A stretch of DNA of 38,900 nucleotides from a virus (IMGVR_UViG_3300044477_000126:1-38900); one strand, 5' to 3'. Shown: positions 19,318 through 30,138, counted from the first letter of the stretch. Numbers and translations: made by a program. The notes: a model not told the origin generated them from the letters alone.

Positions 19318-20076
19318 ATGGCTGTTAAGACACAAGGCACGTTATTCTCTAGTAAAATAATAAATAAAACAGTAGCTTTTTTAGATCAAACAAGTGCAAA
19401 TAATTCTACGACTAAATTGGTAGTATATTTTGATAGAGCATTATGCAGCAATAGCACTGGAACATTATTTGCAAACAATGCTAATATGAAGGCATATTTC
19501 GCATATGATGGAACAGCAGGAAATTATACAAGTGCTACATATGACTTTGCTACAAGAAGTATAACCTTCGTATTCACCGCTGCTGAAAATGGAAAGAAAT
19601 TAACAGTTGCAAACAATACAATATATGACCAACAGGGAATAGAATATGGAAATAATGCAGCAGATTATTATTTATTTACATCTGCAAATACTCCAAAATG
19701 GGCTAAGTCTAATACTACTGATGTAGGATTTACTAATATAGATTTAGTTTTAGAAATACCTGAGATTGGTGGAAAACCTGGTAAGATTGATACAACACAC
19801 TTAGCTAGTACAATAAAGACAAATGTACCTGGCTTAAAAGATCCAGGTGATTTACAGTTCAAATTTATTTATGATAATTCGGCGAACTGGCAAACACTTA
19901 AAACTCTTGAGACAAATGAAACATTAGGATATTTTAAAATAACTTATGATGATGGAACAAGTGTAGAGTTTGAGGGATATGTAACAGTATCAATGGATAG
20001 TGCTAAAATAGATGACAAATTAACCTTTACAGCATCTATTTCGGTTGATGCTATATTCTTATTCACAAATATTTAA
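19318..20076 (+). CDS. Tail tube protein paralog with a ~120-aa inserted domain
   Basis: C-terminal half closely matches 20089-20514 (PEIGGKPGKIDTT.LASTIKTN.PGLKDPGD). Confidence 0.8.
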   Translation: MAVKTQGTLFSSKIINKTVAFLDQTSANNSTTKLVVYFDRALCSNSTGTLFANNANMKAYFAYDGTAGNYTSATYDFATRSITFVFTAAENGKKLTVANNTIYDQQGIEYGNNAADYYLFTSANTPKWAKSNTTDVGFTNIDLVLEIPEIGGKPGKIDTTHLASTIKTNVPGLKDPGDLQFKFIYDNSANWQTLKTLETNETLGYFKITYDDGTSVEFEGYVTVSMDSAKIDDKLTFTASISVDAIFLFTNI

Positions 20077-20088
20077 GGAGGGCTTAAA

Positions 20089-20514
20089 ATGGCAGTTAAA
20101 ACGAAAGGAAGTAAATTTTATTATAGTGAAGCAGGTTCTGTATATACAGAAATATTAGGAGTTATGGAGTTGCCTGAGATCGGTGGAAAACCTGGCAAAA
20201 TTGATACAACTAATTTAGCTTCTACAATTAAAACAAACATGCCAGGATTAAAAGATCCTGGGGATATGGCTTTTAAATTTATATTTGACAATAGTGGTTC
20301 AACTTCTAACTTTAGAGTATTAAAAGGCATGGAAGCAAGTGAAGAATCTGATAATACATCTGATTATTTTAAGGTTCTGTATGATGATGGAACATATGTA
20401 ATTTGGAGAGGTTATGTTACTGTAAGCATGGATGGCGCAAAGGTTGACGATAAATTAACTTTTACTGCTAACATTTCTGCAAGTACTGATTTTACGTGGA
20501 CCAACCCCACTTAA
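20089..20514 (+). CDS. Major tail tube protein
   Basis: IDTTNL...PGLKDPGD...F.GYV tube motif; precedes the chaperone. Confidence 0.85.
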   Translation: MAVKTKGSKFYYSEAGSVYTEILGVMELPEIGGKPGKIDTTNLASTIKTNMPGLKDPGDMAFKFIFDNSGSTSNFRVLKGMEASEESDNTSDYFKVLYDDGTYVIWRGYVTVSMDGAKVDDKLTFTANISASTDFTWTNPT

Positions 20515-20519
20515 TCAAT

Positions 20520-20559
20520 AATGGAGTGATTAAAATTAGAACAAAATATCACTCCATTT
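20520..20559 (+). terminator. Hairpin after tail tube gene
   Basis: AATGGAGTGAT...ATCACTCCATT. Confidence 0.55.
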
Positions 20560-20602
20560 AGCTTTAAAAAATAAAATTATAAATGAAAAGGAAAATAATA
20601 AT

Positions 20603-21028
20603 ATGATTACTACAAGTGTAAAGTTTGCCTCTAAACAATTAAATTTAAGATTGACTACTAGAACTATAAGAAAAGTCTTAAGTGAAGACAAAATAAATCC
20701 TATAAACTTATTATTAAATGCAGTTGATACAAATAACTTAGAAGACTTATTGAAAATAATTAAATTGGCAAGTGTTGAAGAAATCTCTTTAGATGAATTA
20801 AGCGATTTGTATGATGAATGGATAGATGAAGGGTATGGATTAAAAGAGTTAACTGCTTTGACTTTTGAAGTATTCAGACTAGCAGGATTGGCATTTTTAA
20901 AACATGAAAAAAGAACTGCTGAAACCTTGGCATCAATTGGAATAACTGTACCTGAATCAAAAATTGAGACTGATGAAGAAACGGAAAATAGAATAAAAAG
21001 AGCAATGGAATCAGAAAAAAACGCTTAA
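20603..21028 (+). CDS. Tail assembly chaperone (gpG-like)
   Basis: LRLTT, acidic helical, synteny; ends in slippery A AAA AAC. Confidence 0.8.
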   Translation: MITTSVKFASKQLNLRLTTRTIRKVLSEDKINPINLLLNAVDTNNLEDLLKIIKLASVEEISLDELSDLYDEWIDEGYGLKELTALTFEVFRLAGLAFLKHEKRTAETLASIGITVPESKIETDEETENRIKRAMESEKNA

Positions 21029-21384
21029 AGCAAGTTAGCTTATTAGAAGAAATTGACAACTTATTTTATAGTTGGCTTGCAATAAGTGAAAATGTAGAAT
21101 TATTTTGGAACTCTACAATAATAGAAATAACAAAAATTATTGATGGTAGGAATGACAAATTAAAGAGTTATAGAAAAGACTTGCATACACATGCTAGGCT
21201 AGTTTCAATAGGGTTTAATGAACCTAAACAATTCCCAACTTTTAATGACATATGGCAGTATGACAAGGAAATAATAGAACAAAATAAAGAATTAGAAAGA
21301 CAAATGAATAGAGAAAATACAGAATTAAAGCTTAGGAAATATTTTAACTCAAAAAAATATTTTGTTAAGAATAAAAAAATATAA
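21016..21384 (+). CDS. -1 frameshift extension of tail chaperone (gpGT-like)
   Basis: AAAAAAC at 21016-21022; -1 frame is open to 21384 and contains FWNSTIIEI. Confidence 0.8.
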   Translation, partial: KKRLKQVSLLEEIDNLFYSWLAISENVELFWNSTIIEITKIIDGRNDKLKSYRKDLHTHARLVSIGFNEPKQFPTFNDIWQYDKEIIEQNKELERQMNRENTELKLRKYFNSKKYFVKNKKI

Positions 21385-21448
21385 TGCTTCTAAGGATGGA
21401 ATGTTTCTATCTGATGAAGCGTTTTTAATATAGAGAGGAGGTTATTAA

Positions 21449-24400
21449 ATGTCAGTTGAAAATTTAGACATAAAAATAACGGTAAACAGTGACCAAGCCA
21501 TTTCTAAACTTAATCAGGTTAAATCTACGATGAACAACGTTGGCAAGGGTGGAACTGGTGGACTTGCAAACAACTTGAGTGGAATTGGCAATATGTTTAG
21601 CAATATACAAAATTCTGCAAGAGCAAGTTTAAACAATGTTCAAACTGGGATTAAAAACACTAATGCCAACACTTCTACGCTAGGTCAGTCGTTGAATTTA
21701 TTTGGAAATTCGTTAAAAAATATAGCAGGTAAAAACGAGTTTTCTGGTATAGCTACTGGAATGGCTAGAATGATTGGAACTAATTCAAGTTTAATTAGTG
21801 GAATAGGTGGAACATCTTCGGCTTTGGCTGGAATGGGAAGCGCTGGAGGAAGCGCTTTTTCTGGATTAATAGAAGGAGCGACAGGACTTGCAACAGCACT
21901 TGGACCAGTTACAGTTGGAATAGGATTAATTATAGCAGGACTAATTGGATTAGCTGCTTGGAGTGTTCCTGCTGCTGTTAATGCCATGGAGACTCAAAAT
22001 GCTTATGATGTAAAAATTGGTGGACAAAGAGAAGCTGCTAACAAATTTGCTGACAAAATGGCTGGTATGGGTGCATCTAGAATGGCTGTAAAAACCCAAA
22101 CAGCCAACACATATCAACAATTTAGACAGTCGGGTCAATCTCAAGGTGAAGCAATACAAACATCAAAACAAGTTATCGAAAGAGCTTATGATATATCTTC
22201 TCAAGAAAACGTAGACCAAGCAACAGCGGTTAAAATGGTTCAGCAATCTCTAACTGGGGAACATGAGAGAATGAAGGCTATTGGGGTTACGATAACAGAC
22301 AACATGGTAAAACAATATGCTTATAATAATTTAGGAGCAAAAAGAGGGAAAGACTTAAGTCAAGAAATAAAGCTTCAGGCAGAGTTAGGGGTTTTAATGC
22401 AAAGAACTAACTATGCCAAGGGTGATTTTGCAGCAACACAAAATAGTAGTGCTAATCTTGCGAGAAAAATACAGAATCAATGGCAAGAGGTAAAAGTTAC
22501 TGTTGGCATGGCTTTCGAACCTCTTTGGAATGCAATATTAAGAATTACAAGTTCTTCTATAATGCCATTTTTACAAGACCTGGCCGATGGATTTCTAAAG
22601 GTTGCTAGAGGTGTGTATCAAGCAGTTGCAGGAATTTGGGCAGGAGTTAAGGCAATTCTTAATTTAGAAAATCCAATCAAGGCATTCAAAAAAGCTTTTG
22701 ATGATGCAGGAAAAAGTTTTGATACATATTCAGCAGCGGTTAAAAAAAGGGCAATGGATGCTGAAGCTGATACGGATGCAACGAATGCTGAGACTGATGC
22801 ACAAAAGGATTTGGGAAAAGCAGTATCGGATAATATCCAAAGCTTTGACGAGTTGCATTTAATTCAAAAGGACAAAGGTGGTGGTGGTTCGCCTAGTGGA
22901 GGAGGAAGTAGTGGACTAGGTAAGCCAGCTACTGTTGATGAAGTAACTCCATCAAGTGGAGAAAAATTAGATAAAGACAAGGTAATAATACCAATTGCTT
23001 TTGGTCCTGTTCCGCCAATGCCAGAATTACCAAAAGTGGAAGCTGTAAAGGTTCAAACTATATTAAGTGACTGGAGTTCTGAATTTAATAGGTTATCCAA
23101 TTATGTTCAAAGCTTTAAGCCAGCTATTGAAATTGGAGTTGTCGTTGGAGAATTCTCTAGCAAGCTACAAGAAGCATATAACAAGATATCAGAAATAATT
23201 GAAACGAACAAGATTCCAATAGAAGTAAAACAGCAAGAATTAGTTAATAGTTTAGAACAGCAATGGAAAACATATGAAACAACTACAAATACAAATCGTA
23301 CTTTGTTTTACAATGAACTGCTAAACAAGCAAAGTATATATAATAATAATTCGGTTAATAATGACTATGCTTTTAAAAATAACATGATTGCTAATGATTA
23401 TGCATTTAATAATAATGCTATTGCTAATCAATCAGTATTTAATAATCAACTTATAATGCAAAAAAATATTTTATATAATCAGTTATTTAACCAACAAGCT
23501 ATTTATAACTCAAATTATTTAACATCTAATAATATTTTGAACAATACATCACTAAACAATACTATCGTTAACAATGCTTTAATCAATAACCAACATATTA
23601 ATACTTATAACCAAAACTTGACTAATCAAAAAATTTATAAAGATTTATATATTCAAGGGCAAGAAGATACTTTGCAAGGTGCTTTAAACAAAGTTATAGA
23701 ATATAAAGCTAAGTTTAAAAGAGAAACTAATTCAACCATGGAAGGAATTAATAATGAATTATTTGAGGGTGGTATAAAGCAAAACGAACAAATTAATCAA
23801 AACCTTGTAAACTCATATGAAACATGGAGAAAATCAAACGAATGGTATATTCCAATTTCTAATTCATTAGAGGCTGTTTATGGAGTATTTGGATCGTTTG
23901 ATGTAAGTTGGCAAGAAACATTGGTCAATTGGGCAAATAATTCACTTTCAGCAGTTTCAGCTTTTGCAAAAGATGCTCAAAACAATATTGTTAGCTTTTT
24001 TTCTGGAATAATGGATACAGCTGTAAAGTGGGCTAATTCTTTTGGAAGCACGATAACAAGTGCATTTTCAAACTTTGTAAGCGGAATAAAATCACTTGCG
24101 TCAACTGTTGGTGTTTCAATAAGTGCAACAATACCAAGCTGGAAAAACTTAACTAATACATTTTCAGCATTAAAAAAAGAGTTTGTATCAACAATAGACA
24201 TTGAAGGAACAGCATCTACTTTAAGCAAGTTAGGAACAGTCGCAGTTGGTGCATCTATAATTGCAAAAGCAAATGCAGCTGCTAATTCGGTAACAAGTGC
24301 AGCAAGTTCAATAACTAGTTCGGTATCAAGTGCAGCAAGTACAGGTGTAAGCTCGGCAAGCTCAAGTTTAAGCTCCGTTGGTGGAGTTATAGAAAGTTCG

Positions 24401-24796
24401 GTATCAAGGATTGCAGCAGCAATAATTCCTCCGATTTTTGTTGCACCTGGAACATTTAATAATATAGTTCCAGGTAAAAAAGAAAAAGAAGTACCACAGT
24501 TTGCAAGTGGTGGTATAGTAAGTAAGCCAACGATTGGACTTATAGGTGAAGCAGGAATACCAGAAGCAGTAGTTCCTTTAGACCAAAATGGATATTTAAA
24601 TAAGTTGGTAACAAATGCGGTTAACACTGCTGTAAATAATGCTATGATGTGGAGTAATGTAGGTAACAGTAATCAAAATTCTACACCTATAAATTTAGTT
24701 GTAACCCTTGATTCTAAAACTATTGCGCAACAAACATATACTCACTTAAATGATATTTCAAACAAAAATGGTACACCATTAGTGATTAGGAGGTAG
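21449..24796 (+). CDS. Tape measure protein
   Basis: 1115 aa, Ala/Gly/Ser-rich; C-terminal FASGGIV...IGEAGIPEAVVPL. Confidence 0.92.
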   Translation: MSVENLDIKITVNSDQAISKLNQVKSTMNNVGKGGTGGLANNLSGIGNMFSNIQNSARASLNNVQTGIKNTNANTSTLGQSLNLFGNSLKNIAGKNEFSGIATGMARMIGTNSSLISGIGGTSSALAGMGSAGGSAFSGLIEGATGLATALGPVTVGIGLIIAGLIGLAAWSVPAAVNAMETQNAYDVKIGGQREAANKFADKMAGMGASRMAVKTQTANTYQQFRQSGQSQGEAIQTSKQVIERAYDISSQENVDQATAVKMVQQSLTGEHERMKAIGVTITDNMVKQYAYNNLGAKRGKDLSQEIKLQAELGVLMQRTNYAKGDFAATQNSSANLARKIQNQWQEVKVTVGMAFEPLWNAILRITSSSIMPFLQDLADGFLKVARGVYQAVAGIWAGVKAILNLENPIKAFKKAFDDAGKSFDTYSAAVKKRAMDAEADTDATNAETDAQKDLGKAVSDNIQSFDELHLIQKDKGGGGSPSGGGSSGLGKPATVDEVTPSSGEKLDKDKVIIPIAFGPVPPMPELPKVEAVKVQTILSDWSSEFNRLSNYVQSFKPAIEIGVVVGEFSSKLQEAYNKISEIIETNKIPIEVKQQELVNSLEQQWKTYETTTNTNRTLFYNELLNKQSIYNNNSVNNDYAFKNNMIANDYAFNNNAIANQSVFNNQLIMQKNILYNQLFNQQAIYNSNYLTSNNILNNTSLNNTIVNNALINNQHINTYNQNLTNQKIYKDLYIQGQEDTLQGALNKVIEYKAKFKRETNSTMEGINNELFEGGIKQNEQINQNLVNSYETWRKSNEWYIPISNSLEAVYGVFGSFDVSWQETLVNWANNSLSAVSAFAKDAQNNIVSFFSGIMDTAVKWANSFGSTITSAFSNFVSGIKSLASTVGVSISATIPSWKNLTNTFSALKKEFVSTIDIEGTASTLSKLGTVAVGASIIAKANAAANSVTSAASSITSSVSSAASTGVSSASSSLSSVGGVIESSVSRIAAAIIPPIFVAPGTFNNIVPGKKEKEVPQFASGGIVSKPTIGLIGEAGIPEAVVPLDQNGYLNKLVTNAVNTAVNNAMMWSNVGNSNQNSTPINLVVTLDSKTIAQQTYTHLNDISNKNGTPLVIRR

Positions 24797-24801
24797 TAAG
24801 T

Positions 24802-25149
24802 ATGGTATTACAAGTAAATGGAGTAACGATTGCTACTCCTAGTAAATTTCAACAAGATATATATGATATTTCAGACAGCTATAGGAATGTTAATGGAGAT
24901 TTAATATTTCAAAAAATAGCTACAAAATATAAATTGAACATGGTTTGGAATGGTCTTACTGAATCACAAATGAGCACATTGCTAAGTGCGGTAAGTGCTA
25001 CTAAAATTACTGTTACTTATCAAAACTTTGTTACAAATAGCACAGTAACAGGTAATTTTTATGTAGGCGACAGGACAATGCCAATAGCATTAATAAAAAA
25101 TGGAAATATTATATTTGAAAATTTAAGCATGAATTTTATAGAAATGTGA
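24802..25149 (+). CDS. Distal tail-type protein
   Basis: SYRNVNGDL...FYVGDRT...LSMNFIE; follows the tape measure. Confidence 0.7.
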   Translation: MVLQVNGVTIATPSKFQQDIYDISDSYRNVNGDLIFQKIATKYKLNMVWNGLTESQMSTLLSAVSATKITVTYQNFVTNSTVTGNFYVGDRTMPIALIKNGNIIFENLSMNFIEM

Positions 25150-25159
25150 GGTATCTAAA

Positions 25160-26899
25160 ATGCTAAATGTAAGTCAATCTTATAAAGATACTTTTAATTC
25201 TAATTATCTAGAAGTATTTGGTAAAATAGTATGGGATCAGATAGATATTACAGCAAATGAAGACGTAACTGTAACAGGAACGTCAAAACAAGCATTATCA
25301 ACATATACAGAGGTTTATGATTTCGATTATGTATTAGGAAAAAGACTATTAACAATGGAAGACTATAGATGTTTATTAGATGGGACTGTCTTAGTCCCTT
25401 CTAACACATCTAAAGTATATGGCTGGTGGAGTGAAAACTTCTGTGATAGTTCGGCAAATTTTACTCCAAACGAGAAATTAACTTTTAGTTTTACGACTGA
25501 CCATGACAGTATAGGTTATACAGTTGTATTTGATACTGATTTTAATGAGTACGCTGTAGACTTCGATATTATAAGCTACAATTCTTCAAATGCTGTAATA
25601 GACACTAAAACAGTTACAGATAACACATTGGTAACTTATGTAAATTATGGTGGAGTTTCTGATTACAGAAAAATAGAATTAGTTATAAAAAAATGGAGTA
25701 CTGCAAATAGAAGAGCAAGAATAAAAGAGTTTATATTTGGTCTCATAAGAGTTTATGATAAAACTTATAAACTATTAGAATTTAATGTAAGTGAGTCTCT
25801 TGATCTAGATATGAGTGAATGTGTTCCGAACAAAATTGACTGGAAAATAGATAACTCTGATAAGGAATATGATATCTTAAATCCTTCGGGAATATTTAAC
25901 TACTTGCAGTTGCAACAAAAAGTAAAGTGTTATCTAGGTGTAAACAATGAATACTGTAATATGGGTACATTCTATTTAAAAAGTTGGGAATCTGACACTA
26001 ACAGCATATCAGCAAGCTTTACAGCTGAGGATATTTTATCTACATTGAGTAGTAAATATATGAAAAGTGTATTAGGAACTAAAACAGCTGCTACAATGAT
26101 TACAGATATATTTACAGATGCTAATATTGATTCTAGTTTATACAGTATTGATAGCTATTTTTCTACAGTATCTATAAATAGTTGCTTGAATATAGAAAGC
26201 TACAAACAATGCTTGCAGAAAATAGTGGCTGTATGTGGTGGAATTATGTACGTGAATAGGTTTGGAGTAATTCAAATTAAAAAGATGTCAACTGTTAACA
26301 CTAATTATGTTTTACCTCTACACAGAATGGAAAAGTTCCCCAAGATTGTTTTAGATGACCAAGTTAAAACTATATCAACATATATCTACAGCTTTACAGA
26401 GGAGTCTACTTCATCAGAAATTCATAAAGGTACTTTACCAATATCGGGCACTGAAAATATTTGGATAGAACATGATATGGCAAGTAATATAAGTGCAACA
26501 GTTAGTTCTGGAACAATTAATTCTACAACTGCATATACTAAAGCTACATTATTAAATATTACAGCAACTGGAAACATAGAAATAATATTAACTGGCAAAA
26601 AAATAAAAGAAAACAAAACTTTATACAGAGTGAATTATAATGCAAGTGGCCAAGAGATAGAAATAGATAACAAACTAGTTTCAAGTGTGGCTATTGCAGA
26701 AAATTTGATTGATAATCTACATGCAGTTTATGTATTAAAAAATAACATAAATGTGCCATTTTTAGGTAGTCCATTTTTAGAATTAAATGATATAATTAAT
26801 GTAGAGACCAGATTTGACGATTTAGAAGATTCTTATATCATACAGCAGGATTTTAAATATAATGGTGCTTTAAAAAGCAATATTATTGTAAAGGGGTGA
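25160..26899 (+). CDS. Tail tip / baseplate hub protein
   Basis: 579 aa; MGTFYLKSW, MYVNRFGVIQI, GSPFLELNDII. Confidence 0.75.
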   Translation: MLNVSQSYKDTFNSNYLEVFGKIVWDQIDITANEDVTVTGTSKQALSTYTEVYDFDYVLGKRLLTMEDYRCLLDGTVLVPSNTSKVYGWWSENFCDSSANFTPNEKLTFSFTTDHDSIGYTVVFDTDFNEYAVDFDIISYNSSNAVIDTKTVTDNTLVTYVNYGGVSDYRKIELVIKKWSTANRRARIKEFIFGLIRVYDKTYKLLEFNVSESLDLDMSECVPNKIDWKIDNSDKEYDILNPSGIFNYLQLQQKVKCYLGVNNEYCNMGTFYLKSWESDTNSISASFTAEDILSTLSSKYMKSVLGTKTAATMITDIFTDANIDSSLYSIDSYFSTVSINSCLNIESYKQCLQKIVAVCGGIMYVNRFGVIQIKKMSTVNTNYVLPLHRMEKFPKIVLDDQVKTISTYIYSFTEESTSSEIHKGTLPISGTENIWIEHDMASNISATVSSGTINSTTAYTKATLLNITATGNIEIILTGKKIKENKTLYRVNYNASGQEIEIDNKLVSSVAIAENLIDNLHAVYVLKNNINVPFLGSPFLELNDIINVETRFDDLEDSYIIQQDFKYNGALKSNIIVKG

Positions 26900-26903
26900 T
26901 AAT

Positions 26904-27320
26904 TTGGCATGGATAACACCTAAGACCAATTGGACGGCTACAGATTATTTAAATTTTGGTGACTTAAATAGAATAGAAAACAATATAAAATATTTAAGTG
27001 ACTATCTAAATACATTTATGACAAGTCCAACTATATCAACTTCGGTACTAAATAGAGACAAGTTTTATATAGAATATTACACTGGACTAAATAGAATAGA
27101 AACAGATATTTTATCCTTAAAAATATATACTCCATTTATGACATGGATTGACCCAAAAACTACATGGGTTGAGTTAGATGCTATAAGCTATATTGATCTA
27201 AATAGAATGGAAAATGATATATTAGCATTAAAAGATTTGATAGACAAAATGATAGATGCTTTTAGATACTGCGGTGAAGAAAGAAGTATTTGCGGTACCG
27301 AATTACAAAACTTAAATTAA
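26904..27320 (+). CDS. Tail-associated protein with internal duplication
   Basis: W..PKT.W...D......DLNR.EN.I occurs twice. Confidence 0.7.
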   Translation: MAWITPKTNWTATDYLNFGDLNRIENNIKYLSDYLNTFMTSPTISTSVLNRDKFYIEYYTGLNRIETDILSLKIYTPFMTWIDPKTTWVELDAISYIDLNRMENDILALKDLIDKMIDAFRYCGEERSICGTELQNLN

Positions 27321-27333
27321 AGAGGTGAAATAA

Positions 27334-28998
27334 ATGGCATATGCTAAACAAACATGGATTGACAGAGTTGTACAATATGCAAGAAGATACACTAAAACTG
27401 ATATAGATACTGATACAGTTGAATTAGTGCCCGAGCCTGGCACAATTACACAGGCAGGAACAGCAATTACAGCTAGCAGAATGAATAATATTGAAAATGA
27501 AATTGAATTTTTAAGTAATAGACATAACACAACTACAAATACGGGAAACGCTTATATCTTAGCAATAACAAATACAAACTATAATTATCAAGTTGGACAT
27601 ACTTTAACCTTTATAGCAAACGCAACAAATACAGCAGGTGCAACACTTAATGTAAATAATTTAGGAGCAAAAACTATAAAAAAAGAAATTGAAGGAAGTT
27701 TAATCGATCTGTTTTATGGAGATATTGCAATTAATAGAATGTATGAAGTTTTCTATGATGGAACTTACTTTATATTAAAAAAGCCATCTCGAAGAGATGA
27801 AATTAATAGTAGCTCAGGTGCTGGGACAGATGCATATAATATAAATTTAAGTAATGAAAAAATATATGTATATGGCGTTTACAATGGATTAAACATAACT
27901 TTTAAAGCTGATGTATCTAATACAGGTGCTTCAACTATGGTTATAAATGGATCATCAGCAAAAAATATAAAAAGATTTATAGGTGGAATTAAAGTTGATA
28001 TTGAAACTAATGATATTGTCGCTGGTGGTGAATATAATCTAGTTTACGATGGAACTGATTTTATATTACTTAATCCTGAGAATAAAACTATTGTAAGTCA
28101 ATTTTATAACGTTGCTGGAACTTATTCTTGGATAACTCCAGTTTCTGGAAACTATAAATTGATATTAGTTGGTGGTGGAGGTGGAGGAGCAACTGGTTAT
28201 TCTGGAGGTAGTCCAGCCTTAGGTGGAGGCGGCGGAGGTGCCTCTGGAATTTGTAGAAGACATTCAATAAATTTACCAGCTTTTACTAGATTGTCGATTA
28301 CTGTAGGAGCAGGTGGATCTAAATCTAATAATAATAATACAGCTGGAAATTCAGGAGGAACAACATCAATAGTAATGCCTGGAATTGGTGTATATTCAGC
28401 ATCTGGTGGTGGTGGCGGTCAAGCTAACGGTGGTGGTCATGCAGGTGGAACTGGTGGAATGGCTGGTGGTGGAGGAGGTTCTGGAACTGGTAGTGGATCG
28501 TATGGAGGAAATGGTGGAAATTCTGAATCAGCATCTGGCGGTAGTGCTACTAGTTACTATGGTGGAGGGGGTGCGGGCATCTCATCAAATGGAAGTTCAG
28601 CATCAGGAACAACTTCAGGTTCTGGAGGAACCGGTACTAATATTAATTCGATACCTCTTTTAGATTTTACAGGAACTGGAACTTCTGGAACTTCTGGAAG
28701 CGACTCATCTGCTCATTATGGCGGTGGAGGTGGTGCTGGTTATGGAGGGAATGGTGGTGCAGGTGGTCATTATACCGGCGCTAGTTCCCCTCCACCTGGT
28801 GGAGGAGGCGGTGGCGGCGGCGGCTATGGTTCTGATGTTGGAGGAGACACACCCGCTGATGGTTCTGGTCAAACTGGTTTTGGATATGGTGCTGGCGGAG
28901 GTGGAAGTGTTGGAGGCGCTGTAAACTATGCATCATCAGGAATTGTTGGAATGGTTTTAATATATCATTTAATTAATCCAGGTGGTATTTATTCTTAG
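27334..28998 (+). CDS. Tail fibre / receptor-binding protein with Gly-rich C-terminus
   Basis: N-terminal anchor, two copies of a ~95-aa module ending YDGT.FIL, then GGGGG-rich domain. Confidence 0.85.
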   Translation: MAYAKQTWIDRVVQYARRYTKTDIDTDTVELVPEPGTITQAGTAITASRMNNIENEIEFLSNRHNTTTNTGNAYILAITNTNYNYQVGHTLTFIANATNTAGATLNVNNLGAKTIKKEIEGSLIDLFYGDIAINRMYEVFYDGTYFILKKPSRRDEINSSSGAGTDAYNINLSNEKIYVYGVYNGLNITFKADVSNTGASTMVINGSSAKNIKRFIGGIKVDIETNDIVAGGEYNLVYDGTDFILLNPENKTIVSQFYNVAGTYSWITPVSGNYKLILVGGGGGGATGYSGGSPALGGGGGGASGICRRHSINLPAFTRLSITVGAGGSKSNNNNTAGNSGGTTSIVMPGIGVYSASGGGGGQANGGGHAGGTGGMAGGGGGSGTGSGSYGGNGGNSESASGGSATSYYGGGGAGISSNGSSASGTTSGSGGTGTNINSIPLLDFTGTGTSGTSGSDSSAHYGGGGGAGYGGNGGAGGHYTGASSPPPGGGGGGGGGYGSDVGGDTPADGSGQTGFGYGAGGGGSVGGAVNYASSGIVGMVLIYHLINPGGIYS

Positions 28999-29013
28999 AA
29001 AGGTGGTTTTATT

Positions 29014-29772
29014 ATGGCTATAGGAGTATTTTTAAGCCCTTCTTCACAGCCTTGGAACGCATGTAAAATGGGTGATACAGAAGAGCAACATATGAGAGCA
29101 TTAGCTTTTAAAATTAAAGAATTATTTGATAAGGATAATAGATTTAAGTGTATTGTTTGCGAAGAATTTTTTAGTATGACAGAAGATGAGAGACTAACAA
29201 AAGCGGTTCAATTAAGTAACAACTTTTACAATTTAATGGGCGGTAATACTTGGCATGTAGCACTGCATACAGACGCATATAATAGCCAAGCAAGCGGTTT
29301 TAGCTGTTTTTATTTTGGTTCTGGAAGTGGAAAAAAATTAGCAGAAAAAATTAAAACTAATATGACTACAATCTCTAAGTGGGGTTGTAGAAGCATAAGA
29401 GAATATTCAGAGTTAAAAGAACTACGAAAAACTTTAGCAAGTGCTGTACTAATAGAAAATGATTTTCATGATGAGATAAACCAGGCAACGTGGATTCATG
29501 AAAATATTGAAAATGGAAAATTAGCTATGGTTTATTACAAATCTGTTTGCGAGGCTGAAAACTTAAACCCTCTTACATTTGATGAAGTAAAAAAGCCTGA
29601 TGCAGTAGTAACTCCAGCCGATAGCGAACAATGGAAAAAGGATTTAATAAAAGAGGCAATTGATTTAAAATTATTGTATGATACCGCTTGGATGAATGAC
29701 CCAAATAAGCCAATGCCAACGTTTGCTGTTTGTGCTATGGTTACCAGACTATACAAGTTACTAAAAAAATAA
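29014..29772 (+). CDS. Endolysin, N-acetylmuramoyl-L-alanine amidase (Amidase_3) with SLH-like tail
   Basis: FLSPSSQ, TEE, VALHTDA, AVLIENDFHD. Confidence 0.88.
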   Translation: MAIGVFLSPSSQPWNACKMGDTEEQHMRALAFKIKELFDKDNRFKCIVCEEFFSMTEDERLTKAVQLSNNFYNLMGGNTWHVALHTDAYNSQASGFSCFYFGSGSGKKLAEKIKTNMTTISKWGCRSIREYSELKELRKTLASAVLIENDFHDEINQATWIHENIENGKLAMVYYKSVCEAENLNPLTFDEVKKPDAVVTPADSEQWKKDLIKEAIDLKLLYDTAWMNDPNKPMPTFAVCAMVTRLYKLLKK

Positions 29773-29805
29773 AATTACACTACTACAAAGAAAAGAGGTA
29801 TTAAA

Positions 29806-30138
29806 ATGAGCGATATATTAACAGCTACAGACCTTATAAATTTGCCAATTGCGACTGCTATTTTAATTATAGCATATAGAATAGCAATAAAGGTAATAGA
29901 CGCGTTTAAGACGTACAAAGACAACAATATGAGTAACTTATGTTTAGAAATAAAAGAAATGACTAAAACACAGATGCAATTAATTGATCTGATTACAAAA
30001 AGTTTAGTTATAGCAGAAAAAAATAACGAAAAAAATAGTGAGTCATTGAATCAAGTACATTTTCAAATAACATCTATACTAGAAAAAATAGCAGTTATTG
30101 AAGAAAGAGTAGAACAATGCAGAATAAATAAGCAATAA
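29806..30138 (+). CDS. Putative holin-like membrane protein
   Basis: Single N-terminal TM helix plus coiled coil, next to the lysin. Confidence 0.55.
   Translation: MSDILTATDLINLPIATAILIIAYRIAIKVIDAFKTYKDNNMSNLCLEIKEMTKTQMQLIDLITKSLVIAEKNNEKNSESLNQVHFQITSILEKIAVIEERVEQCRINKQ

Noticed and set aside
21404-21419. Hammerhead ribozyme (CTGATGA core)
   Set aside because: No suitably placed GAAA or three stems; most motif copies read TTGATGA
28160-28920. GC-rich island suggesting foreign DNA
   Set aside because: Explained by glycine codons in the fibre's Gly-rich domain
7165-30138. Genome-wide stop-codon reassignment
   Set aside because: Genes are intact in code 11 and TAG, TGA and TAA all end genes properly; only one internal TAG found
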